A DNA stretch of 64,000 nucleotides from Marsupella aquatica. Its lineage: Eukaryota > Plantae > Marchantiophyta. Numbering within the stretch: position 1 is the stretch's first letter; every line of letters starts with the position of its first letter. The position numbers and the translations under genes are program-made. The notes below the pieces were generated by a model that was given only the letters and a program-made list of their open reading frames with translations, made no database searches and was not told the DNA's origin. Below are positions 46,745 through 58,795 of this stretch, piece after piece. The DNA lies in NCBI GenBank assembly GCA_973895155.1, contig OZ316895.1:7242184-7306183 (forward strand), read 5' to 3'.

Positions 46745-49700
46745 TCAACCTTGAAGCTTCAGAGATCTCGCAGTAGGGTATTGGCCCGGCACCTTGAAAG
46801 GCCTCTGAGGTGAACGGCGCTCCTTCTTCCTTGACAGTTTAGTGTTGACAGGTCTTGGAACTTTCAGCGATTGCAAGTCTTGAGAGGGAAGACTGACATT
46901 AGGCAGGGCTGCCTCAGGCAATCTCTCATACAGTCCAATTAGCTCCGCATTACCATTCGAAAGCTCATCAATCCTGGCCAGATCACGAAAGCTAGCTGAT
47001 GATGCTCGGCAGATTCCATCTTTGCTTAAAAATTCTGTGCGAGCTTCTACGTCTGATGCTCTTGTTTGTCCACTGAGTGCACCACCATGTCTGAGCACTT
47101 GAATCATGTCTCTTTCGTCTGCATCGTTACTCACAGTGCAAGCCTGGAACTCATCTAAGCTACCTTGGGCAAGTGCTTCGATAAGTCCTCCAAGACCTAT
47201 GGAAGCCTCTCCATCAAATAGTAGATCTTGACATTGACTATGTTGTGGTTGCTGCGCTATATCAAGTGCGACAAGCGAGTCCCCCTGTCACCAAGAAGTA
47301 CGGACCTTTAGTTGAAGTTCCAAAAATGTAAGGCAGTCCGTTCGACAATGGCCTCGAAGACATGTTCCCAACTTTCATGCAGTAAGATTTTCCGCCAAAA
47401 TTACACTGTTAAAGTTCCAAGAACTTCAAAAGTCACAGCAAAGAAAAAGAGAGTTACCTCTTTCCAACAAGCCATACTCCGAAAGTCAGCAAAGGTGACA
47501 TCCAAACCGAGTGAATTTCCAGAAAGTTCTTCTACCAATGAATTGCCTGAATCCTTGCTTCGTCGGTCCAGTCTTTGAAATGAGAATGCATCACAAGTTT
47601 CCTCTCCACCAAATATTGCCGCCGAAGGGTGACTGGAGAGCATCAGCATCGGACCTGGTAAAGGCAGTTCTTGTGCAGCAGTAGCCATATCAAAAGAATC
47701 CAGGCAGGTCAGCTGTGCCTGCCCAGAGGAGGGATGAGGACTGTCTGATGGAGCTGAAAACACTCCCCTGGAAGTGTCCCCCAGGAGCTCACTCACACTT
47801 ATATTTGTCAAGCTGTCGACCCAATCCATTTGGGAAGTTGAAACACCGCCACTGCTACGTACAGTATCCTGCAAAATGGGTTGATAGTGATATTAGAACA
47901 CACCATGAAACCCAGGGCTGAGGAAAAATGCCAAAATGACAGTTCACCCACACTATAAAACGACACAAGATACACGGACCTCGAGGATATATCGAGAAGA
48001 CTTCTTCAGGTTCAATCTTCACACTTACATCGCATTCCAAAGGAACTTACTAACCTCAAAACTCCAAAGCTGTTGGGCAAACCCATCGTTGCTTTGACAA
48101 AGCCAGGCACAGCCAGATACTTGACTTGCATGTTCAAGCTCCTTACAGTTGGACCTGCCAACATGTTCCGCCCCACTGCTAGCAGAAGATGCTTGATCCA
48201 GTGCAGGCGGCACAACCTCCTTCCCGGAGCGCAATCCTACAGTCACATCTGGGGCCCCACTGGACTTCCCCCCAACCGGATGTTGAGTTTCCACCGTAGG
48301 GCGCACAGTTGGTCTCCGCCTGGACTCCTCAGACGGAACTGAACCGTGCACATGTACTCCCCTTGTGTTTACTGCAACTGCACGTTGCACGTTACGTGTC
48401 GCACCGTTGTTTTTAGATGAACGTTCTGATTCCGGTCGAGAACGGACTTTCTCAGATGGCCTGCATTGTTCTACCGAGCTCCCTGTAAAATTTCCAATAC
48501 AGACACTTGGTGGAATTGAAGCTGGCCGCTGCACAGACTTTCGCTGCGTGGTCGTGTCCATTCTCGGGTGAGTAGGATAAGAAGCTCCTTCCAACAGCAC
48601 AGGCCGTGGTCCATTGGATGCAGGTATTTTTCGCTGGGTGGTAGTGTCAGTTCTTGGAGTGGGATAAGAAGCTCCATCCAACAGTACAGGCCCTGGTCCA
48701 TTGGATGCAGGTGTTTGTTGTTGTTGTTGGACTGCAGCAGATGATTCGAAGAGACGGCCTGCGAGCCAGGCATATCTGCAAAAAACAAAAACAAAAATGT
48801 TGTTCTATATGTACATAGGAGCAGCGTGTTTCACCAAGAACCATCGAAGCAAACCATATGAATCCTCTCTGTTTCCAAAACATTGACATTTTACTTCAGT
48901 AGGATATGTCACCTGAGACGGAAAACAGCAGGGCTGCCCAGTGCTGTATGAACATCTGCAGCCGTGACGTTGAGATCTTGGAGACTCCAGCTTTGGCAAG
49001 CGGACACATTGGACCACTGAGTATTGAATGGAAAGAGACGCAAGTCACCAGATGCAACAGTCGAACGGCCCCACTTTTGCATAAGATGATGCAGCACGGA
49101 AGATACACTCTTCCGGGCCTTAAAAGTCAATTCCAAATGCGGATTGTGACCATCCTGTCCAGGAGTTTTGGAGTCAGATTTCAGCATCCTTCCCTTTATT
49201 GCTGTTCTCTAAACATAATGGCTATGGGATATGAAGTTGAAAAAAGAGCTGAGGTAAGTAGTTGCAAGGAAAGTGAGGAAATTACAACTAATATCGTTTA
49301 GACCCAGTCACCCTTACTGTCCTAGCATAACATGCAAATATAGATTAAATCCTTTGTGATGTCCCATAAAGGTCAATCACATAAACGTAGCCTTTACCTG
49401 CTCTAAGGCCTTCCTGATGTAGTCATCGAATGGAAAAAGCTGTAGCTTCAATTTGATACCACTCATTCCACTTGCCCCTTCCTCGACACCATTGCACCTC
49501 AAACTGCTGCAATTGTTGCACCTCGTTGTATCCAAGGCCTGTGACTTCGCTTTAACTTGAGCACATAACTCTGGAATAATAACAAGCCCTCCAGGCCCAC
49601 CTTCATAAACATTAGGCAACGCTGGTGATGGGATTGACACTTCAGATGAGGTAGATGCAACCTGGGATATGCCTGGGACCCCACTCAACCCAGATAACAC

Positions 49701-52700
49701 CGGCGCAACACCCAGCCCAACCTGGGATATGCCTGGGACCCCACACTCTGCTGGTGGGCCGGAGGGAAGCTCCTTTGCCACCTTGTCTGTCAGTCCCATT
49801 TCTGGACAGCCACCGGGAGGAATTTGACCTGTTTGAACATCCAAATGGATGAGATCGCCTCCAGTAGTAGTTGTGCTACTTATTTCACATGCTTCAGAAG
49901 CCGGAGACAAGACCTCTGCTGCACTGGCCCGCTCTAACTGCTCCGCTGCTTCTGCCACCAGTGAGACCCCTACACTTGCTGCCTTCTCCCATTTAGCATA
50001 GGCAGCTTTTGAAATATTACCATCTGCCAAAAGAAATCTGGCTCACTACTGTGGCAATGTTTTGCAAATAAACGCAATTGCCATATCCGAAGCAATTGTA
50101 AATCCTTAGAAGAATCGTTCCTGAGCAACTATTGAACATTGCATCACTTATCATACTACCATGGAATCCCGCCGATTGCGTGGACAGAGAAGCTGGTAGA
50201 TTTGATTCTTAAATTATCGTGACGGTTTGTCTCATCCACAGATATATTAACACAAAAAGAATATGGCAATAGCACTAATTGGCTACTGGAAAACATAAGT
50301 CGTAGAGGAAACAAGACTCCAATCACATCAAATGTTCATACCAGTAGCCTTCTTGCGAGGCCTTGGTGGACGCTTTGCTTCCCCTTTGGCCAATGTCTTC
50401 CGTGGTCCATTGCTAGTCGCCTTCCGTTTCGCAGACGTTCTCCGGCCAGCACTCACACTCTGCAAACTTTGCAAATCATCTGCAGATGTTTTACCCACTC
50501 CTGATCCACTGGTCACAAAGCCAGGCAACCCAGGAGCGATCAGCGCAGTTGTTTCTGCATGAGCAGGGTGTCTTCTTGACGTAGCTGCAGCAGGTGTGGG
50601 CTTCTTCGCTTTCACCTTCTTGTGATCCTTTAACAGTTGGTGTTCCTGCACAGAGCATACCTCGTAACTGCTCGAATCCCACAGTATGACCGCTACGTCA
50701 TGTACATAAATTCTAACGCTTTTGAGTTATTGTTCCACACAATCAGGAGGTAAACTGTGGTGTTTTGGTCCCCATATCAAATTTAGCAGCTGTCATCAAT
50801 TTCTTCTCAGTGAGTAATAATCAACCTTCCCTTGCTGTGTGCAGTGGGAAAGGATTATATCATTTCGAGACTCGGGACAACAAGCATTTAAAGTTGACCA
50901 TCGGTACGGTATAACGGCACATGCGTATATAATAAACAAATTGTAAAGTTACCTACCAAGGCGGCGACAAAGGTTTTATATCGCCTGGGTTTGAGTCGTA
51001 GCTTGGATGCTGAGCAACTGTGTTTCTCAAGCAACGACCACCTGCACAAGGCCCATGCAAGCAAAATATTTTGATATTGCTTAGTGATATGATATATGGC
51101 TATTGTCACACCATGAATTGTCGCATATATCGTACAAATTAGATGGCACCTACAGTATCCTTCCAACAAGAACCTAGACCCTGGCCGCATAGCAAAACAA
51201 GAGTGAATAAATCGCCACATATATATCCAACACTCCCTTCCGGTTCAATCCCTATACAAAGCTTTGAAATGCAGCTTCTCAATTGTACCCTAACAAATAG
51301 ACAACATAAATCCACCTCCAAAGTATTGTACTGCAGACGGCCATTCATGCACGAGTCTAAAATTTAGAACTCACTCGAATGATCGATTTCACAACCAGTT
51401 TACGGTGACAGGTTACTTAAATACTTCAACTCCCACAACCATCAAGTAACCAATGCTCTGCTCTAACAACCATCTAATACCAACCTACATATAGCCAAGT
51501 CATGTTTAATAACTCACCAGCGCAACATTGCACTGTTAACATGAGTCGAATTCTTTGCATCTAGAATCAGAGTTGGAGCCAATATCCTATTCATTCGCTT
51601 GATGACTCGATAGTAGTAATGTCGGACCTGTAACAATTCATATTGATTAGGACTTCAGCAGTTCGATATATTTTTAAGTCACCAAGAGAGGAACCAAGCA
51701 TTTGGCCCTTTAATTATCATACTTAGCTGGTCAGGAATGGCATAACATCAAGCGTCTGTTGGCACACGGTACTTTTCCGAGACTTCAGGTTCAGAAATGG
51801 CAGGAAGCATTTACTTCAGGAACAAAGTTATCCAACAATTGCAAATGAGACCTGTTCAATTTCTTCCGAACGAGGTAAAATTTGTTACTGACAGGGCTTG
51901 ACCTCACTCTTAAGCGTCGGTTTTGGATGTTTCCAAATTATTTATCCACACCTCAATTTCACATTACAGAGATTGATTTTGCTAGCATAAGAACTGAACC
52001 TAAAAACACAATACCCATGGTGGTGCCTTATGTTGATCGGGCTGACGGACTGGCAGTGGAGTCCACAGCACCTGGGTCAAATTTTAGTTGTTAAACAATA
52101 TGTTCCATCTCGTCCATTCCTTCCAGATTTCGGAGTTACAGATTCATAATATGTTCTTCATTTAGATCAAGAAGGAGACCCGTGCCAGCAATTGGCCACT
52201 CAAAGAGCGACCAACCAGCCATGTAGCAGCACACCATTAGCACAGCAGTATCAATGACAAGCATTGTCCTTCAGATGGTTTCACCTTGTTCAATAATGCA
52301 AAGGAAAGCTAGAACTGCCGTACCTGATCCTTATTTTTGCTTTGCACCCGGCTGGTGATCTTCTCAAAATTCTGCTCAGCAGACAAGCATAACGTCAAGT
52401 TATGACATAAAACGCAAAATACCCGGAGCTCAACCCTGAAAGGACCCAAGCAGCACTCAAAACTTCATACCTTGCCAACTTGTCGAAGTGCACCGAAGAA
52501 ATTCTCTTCTTCTTCACGTGTCCATGCATCCCATTGCCTAGTGGGCTTGGGCTCTGAAAGCATCCGGCAAAAGAACAGGGATTACCGCCAAAAACAATAA
52601 GAAGCGAGCGGAAAATAGAACCCTAGAAGTTACAGAGGGCGAGGGCAACGCCTGGCGCTAGAGGAGAAATACAAAAGAATGTCGAAAACGAATCGTGCGC

Positions 52701-52939
52701 GGCCAATTCATGAGAGAGGTCCTTAAACTGACCAAAGGCAGAGATCAGACTCCGACCATTGAATTACGAAAGACAAAAGTGGAGAAAACGGAGGAAGTCG
52801 GTTATACAATACAGACGATATGCTCTAAGTGCCATCGAGTCGTAGACAAACGAGGAATTTGATAGGCACGCACTTCCGATGAAAGATGAACACGAGGCAT
52901 ACCAGGCACCGGTGCAACATTTGATCCAACGACTGCCAT
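46745..52939 (-). CDS. TKI1: TSL-kinase interacting protein 1-like SANT/Myb protein (cramped-like family), 11 exons, about 1068 aa
   Basis: Exons 52939-52903, 52553-52471, 52371-52324, 51627-51518, 51041-50957, 50645-50342, 50023-49398, 49154-48913, 48775-48055, 47868-47458, 47284-46745 (3207 nt, in frame). SANT: RQWDAWTREEEENFFGALRQVGKNFEKITSRVQSKNKDQVRHYYYR. Other family motifs: WEKAASVGVSLVAEAAEQLE, KLKLQLFP, GHNPHLELT...KWG, FRLRYAW, WVDSLTNISV. The exon 9 donor and the C-terminal end are less certain. Confidence 0.9.
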
Positions 52940-55251
52940 TTCGGGAAGGAAAAGCCTGAGGAAGTCATAAGCGGTGGCCGATCATCTCAACAATCACCGA
53001 ACTCACTCTTCGCACTGCACCGGTTCTGTTCATGACAAAAATCCATTCGGAAACCTGTCAAAACTGCACCGCACCGCTCGCCTCTCGTCCGCCTTTTTGC
53101 CTCTCCTCCACCACTCCGCGCCTCAAAACATAATCCGTGATCACTCACTCAAGATCAATCGCCATAGCCTCCTCCTACTCGCTTCCTCCGTCTCCTCTCC
53201 CCTCCCCTCTCCAACCTTCCCTCCGATCGATCTTACGCCTCTCCCCGTTTTCCCCACTCCATACGGCACTTCATATTGTCGTCGGAAAACACCACTACAG
53301 CAGTCGTATTAGTCGTACTTCTGATGCCCCCCGTTCCTCCCTGCGTCCCTGTCTCCCTCCCTGTCCTAGTATTCTTATTCTTATATTATTATTATATTTG
53401 CCTTTCCAAACTGTCGACCTCTGACAACGCAACTATCCAAACCAACATTTCCGCCCCCAAGATCCAGATTCTCTCGTATCTTTGTTGGACGAAGCCAATT
53501 ATATCATATCTATCATTTTTCATAACAACATTATTTTTTCACCTTAGTATAAATTGAAGCCAGATTGGACCCCCACTGTGGACAAAGGTTTGTTAAACTT
53601 TTACTCCTAGGTGTAGAGTTGGACTCTAATCATAATTTAACTACTTGTAATTTGAGACTTGGGTTAGATTAGTCATGTTACATTACATGTACACAAGCAA
53701 GTGTTTGCTTGTGACGGAGAACTCAGATTCATTGTTACAAAATCATTTGACAGATAAGGAGAGTTTGTGTTACAGATATTGGTATGACCGAAGAGCCTAG
53801 GATATAGTAAAACTTTTGTGTATTGTTGATGACATAATTTCATTCAAAGTGAATCACATATCTCTTTGCATCAACTATTTCTTTGTTGAATGATCATATA
53901 AATGTCGTTGCAAGCATCTTTGCTCAAGGGTGCTTGTGTGGACCATAGGACTTTAGGGCCCTTAACTTGATGATTACAAGATCACAAATAATTTTAGTTC
54001 TGCAACTTCAAGGTAACTACATTGTTTATCTTAATTAGTATCATAACTTTTTTAGTCTCCCTGTATAAATAGTCTCATACACATTAATAAGGGTGTGAAA
54101 GATGTAAGGCGTAAAAACACAAGCCAAAATAATTCATGTTAAGACATTGAAAATTAGTCCAATGAAACTTATCCTTCCACCACATTTTATGACTGAAAAA
54201 TTTAACCCTGGCCAAAAATTCACTCACACTTGTGCAGCTTAACTTACTCCTCTAGCATATCTCAAGACCACAAAATATATGAATTTACAAATATCAAGTT
54301 ATTACAATTAAATTTTGGTAAATGCGATCGGGTTTCAAACACTAACCTTGTGGTCCATGGCGCCTTTTAAATTCTATTATCATTACTTTACACGTTAGGA
54401 CGGACGGACGGACCGACCGACGGATGGACGGGACTCGCACGGTACACGAGGGTTTTACACGGGCTGTCAGGACGACCGGTGGACCCGCAACGACGGGATC
54501 TACGACAGGGAGAGGACCGACATGACTGTGTTGTGCACCGTGTGTTGTGCTGCCGTCGTCGGGACAGCAGACCGGGAAAGATAGGCCGCCGGGGGACCGT
54601 ACGGTGGAGGCGCCTTGAGATTGATCGGATTTGGTCTTGAAATATGGCGCGGTCAACCGGGAACAACCGCGAACATCCGCCACAACATGATTTTGAATTA
54701 GAAAAAAATTGCAAAGCGTTCGCGCTTCTCTATAGTGGCGCGATCTGCAGCCGCGTGTCACCAGCTTTCGGGGGATGCCCTGTGGATACACCTTCTTTCC
54801 AAAGGATTTCCCGTACGGTGTAAAGACGACCAAATCTGGTCCATGAAACCCTGGTCACACCAAGATTGAGTTAACATCTCCGCCTAGGTACAGGGTCTCT
54901 CTCTAAGTGCACACTCCTGGAGAACAAACATCCGCCATTCTTTTGCCGTAAAAATTAGCCAATAAACAGGTAGGCTAATGATACTCAGACTGAAAATTTT
55001 TAAATTATGTTTAGTTGCCTCCACCCAATGCACTATGGAGAAGTGTTAACCAGAAAATACTCTACAACAGTCAGAAATTATTGTACAATTGAAAGACTAT
55101 ACTCCATAACCAGACCTGTGCTTGTCCATAAGGTTAAATAGTAGCCACCTTAGCTAATGTTTAAAAACAAGAAACAATGGTTGTCGGTTGCACTAGACAG
55201 GGGTTTGTACTATGTGATAAGTGCAAACATACACTTATTCACTCATGAATA

Positions 55252-55430
55252 GAGAGATATGCTTAGTAGACCCCCTTCTGGAAAAAGTTTCCTTAATCAA
55301 CCCCCTCGATACTTTTCCCCAATCTGGACCATTGATGGACCTTTCGATCTCAGATCTGGACCGTTGATAGACCTCAGGGGGTCGATCAAGTAACAAGTTT
55401 CATTTTGGGGGTTGATCAAGCAAATAACTC
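55252..55430. mobile_element. Mutator-like MITE, same TIR style as 23769-26054
   Basis: Ends GAGAGATATGCTTAGTAGACCCCC / GGGGGTTGATCAAGCAAATAACTC. Direct repeat CTCATGAATA at 55242-55251 and 55431-55440. Confidence 0.8.
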
Positions 55431-56427
55431 CTCATGAATAAGAGTGGTTTACATCTCTTTGTTCAACCCAAACTGATTTTAATGTTTGCAGTACCAAAAA
55501 CTGGGAAACCAAACAAAAAAGGGTAGGCACCGGAACCGGAAAAAGAGGGGTGGGGATTGAAGAGAAAAGGGAGAGGTGATGAGTACCTATTACTCGAGGC
55601 GAGGAAGTACTTATCCCCCTCCCACTTATTCCTCACCCATTATTGTAGCATTGCCCCAAAGTTTTGGCCAAAAATAGTATTGAAGCCTAAAACTTAGTGT
55701 CTATAATGTAATGTGCACACTCAAAATTGATGCTCCAAAAGCTTACGTACACTGCAAGAAACACATTTGTATTGGCCAGCATTGTTCAGACATTGGATTT
55801 AATTGCTGCACTTCTACAAGATTTCTCAAATTGATTCAACTATATTTGTCGCAGATGATCATCTTTTATGCAATATCATCTTGAGCTCAACAACATCATC
55901 TTTGCAACAACATCCTCTATGCAATGCACGGGTATTGAGCTATAGTTACATAGCATCAAAGGATCAAAGGATCCCTACCTGAGTGTACCATCCTTGCCTG
56001 ATAGTGTAGTACACCCCTAAGTTCCCCCTTTTCTATATCATCTTTATCACTTATTTTTAAATGTATCTATGACCCCTGAGTTCCCCTTTTCCCTACCACC
56101 TTTTTCAGTTACTTTATCTATGAAATCTAATATTTGATACAAGTTGGGGAAACTTTTGGGTGACCAGAAACGAGTTTCTCAAATCATGATTGCCTGCTTG
56201 CAAGGTTTAAATTGTATTGGACACTTGCATAAAACTATTTGGGTAGAGGAATATGGGTTAAATATGGACAACTCCTGGGGCATGAAAGCAAACAGGAATT
56301 TAGTGGTTTGAGTGTGTACTCCCTAGGCCAACTACATCCATGCCAAATGTATGGATCTGGAGTTTATTCTAGAATTTTCAAATTGACCACCTGGTTGCCA
56401 CCATCACTGGTCGACTGAGCTAGTTCT

Positions 56428-56592
56428 CAATAAACCAAGGTAAGATAAAATATTTTTGCATTTTAATAAGACAAAATAGGCATATGATGGGAGGGGTCAG
56501 CTATAATGCAATAAACCAAGGTAAGATAAAATATTTTTGCATTTTAATAAGACAAAATAGGCATATGATGGGAGGGGTCAGCTATAATGCAA
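56428..56592. repeat. Perfect 81-bp tandem duplication
   Basis: 56428-56508 is identical to 56509-56589, with CAA microhomology at the junctions. Confidence 0.95.
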
Positions 56593-58452
56593 GAATCTAC
56601 TGCAATTTGTTTGACTCTTGTTTAAGATTCTGAAATCAAACAATCTGGAACAATTAAACCTCAAACCCATACCTACAATTTTGTTAGATTATGGCAATGA
56701 TTGATCAATTGCAATGTATGTAAGTGCAAGAACATTGTCATAGCCATGCACTTGCAACTATTGAGGTCAAATTGTAGAATCTATTAACTATACCAACTTA
56801 GTAGCTCCACAAATGTCCTTTCTAGTTGTTATGATCAATGTACAAAATCTTGAAAGGGCCAGAACCAACATTGGCCATCAGATATGTTAAATTCTCTTAA
56901 GCCCATTGATGTAGCAAAAGAAGGTAATGCATGAAAAAAATGTATATTCACCCAATTAGCCACAACACAGTGTACACATGATACTCTATAATATGAAATC
57001 ATGCCAGTTCTGGCGGATTGCCTGCAAGAGCGGAAAGTAATCCTGAATGTCCACTAAAAATACAATTTCCACCCTTGGATCGAGCCAAAAGCACCTACCT
57101 GTCTCCCCTTGCCGTCCTACCTTGGTTGTTGCAGTAATACATCAGGCTTAAGTACCAATGCGCCACAATATGCTATGATTTGCCATATGTGTAGTTAGTA
57201 CCCTCCTCCACTATATGCTTGTATGCCTGTTGACACAATGGTAAGGTATAGGGTATTACCCCTTCTGTGTTATGAGAGAAGGTACTAGAGTACATTTTAT
57301 CTGACACAGTAGATGACTGTATAGATTAAGGACGGAAGCTTGCTTCGAGGCTAACTAATGCGTAACCACATTGATTAGCCTTTCAATGTTGCCTGCTACC
57401 CGAATGTGTTGGGTCTGGTTTTAAGGATAATGTGGTGCGTTTCCCAAAGCCTCAAACCCCCAAAGCTACTATCAACCTACCATATACCACTGGTTTAGGG
57501 TTGCCTGATAGCCCTTTAGCAGCTACCCAACTTGGAAATGCAGCTTATCCCTTCTATCCACACTTGCCAAACTGATCTTTCACTGGACTTGTGAATCCTA
57601 TTATCCCGAGACCACCTCAATTCTCTTAGACTTAATCGGGTATATTTGTATTCCACCCTCGGAATGTACCCCCGCGGCTTACTTGCTTAAGCCGGCTGAG
57701 GGTCTTTTTCAGACTTACTCAACCCAAACTTCACCGACAAAACAGTCTCAATGCCTCACATTCTCTCAAGGTTGGATGTGGCAATCTCCAACCAAGGCAA
57801 TACGATTTCGAGTCCATGTGCTCGTCTCGCTTCTTCCTCTCCTCTACAGTCATCTTTCTCTCAACCAAGGTAATGCCAGCATATGGATTATTTTGAGTAG
57901 GCCGTCGCAACAAATTCCTCACAACATCCAAAGTCACTACCTCCGGCTCCTTGGGTGGGGGAGCCACCCATTCTTGTACTGAGGTTTTCTTCCCTCTTCT
58001 TCTTGTTTGCCAAGCTTCCTCTTCTTCCTCCTCCTTTGTGACTGCCGTTGTAATTGGCATCCGCTCCTATAGGGATAACATGGGCGCAAAGGACTGACTT
58101 CTGGCATAGCGGCAGAGTAATTGTAAATGGTACCCTAGTACTCGATATCGCACCCTCTCCTATGTTCTGCTTTTCTTCATTCAATGCCTTCTTCAACTGC
58201 ATTAGAAGATAGCCATTGTAATCTTGGCTTGAGTCAACATTTTCCACAAGAAACACCTGAGCCTTGCTAATTTTGCGGCAATGGATAGTGTAAAGTAGCC
58301 CTTTGGTATGTCTAAGTCTAACCTCCAAGACAATATGACAAATCCCTCCAATCCGGTATAGTTATCCATGTATTCGAAATACTTATTATCTTGGATAGCA
58401 CTGAAAACATCATCCTTGTCCCTTGCAAACTGTAGTTGTAAACGGTAGGTAA

Positions 58453-58795
58453 TGTTGAGCATAGACGACACTCGTAACGGTAAGCACATGACACATCCAA
58501 CGCACAAGTAGTCGACACAAGAGATACGTGGTTCACCTCCTCAAGGCTACGTCCACGGGAACACACAAGAGAACTTTACTGAACTCTAAGCCCGTCGGCC
58601 ATACCAAGTCTCCACAGTGTAAGCTCTCCTCATCTCTCAAGTGGCTCCATAACAATGAGCCTAAGTTCCACTTATCCAAGCAAACACCGCTTGGCATATA
58701 GTGTGCATCCTAGTTAACCTAACCACATCTCCGACTATGGTTAGCCTAACTACGGTTACATGTCGTAACCCTAGACCGTGAGTAAATACCTAACA
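58453..58795 (-). mobile_element. Solo LTR, copy 3 (inverted)
   Basis: Reverse complement of the 33360-33711 LTR with TG...CA ends. 5-bp TSD GGTAA at 58448-58452 and 58796-58800. Confidence 0.92.
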
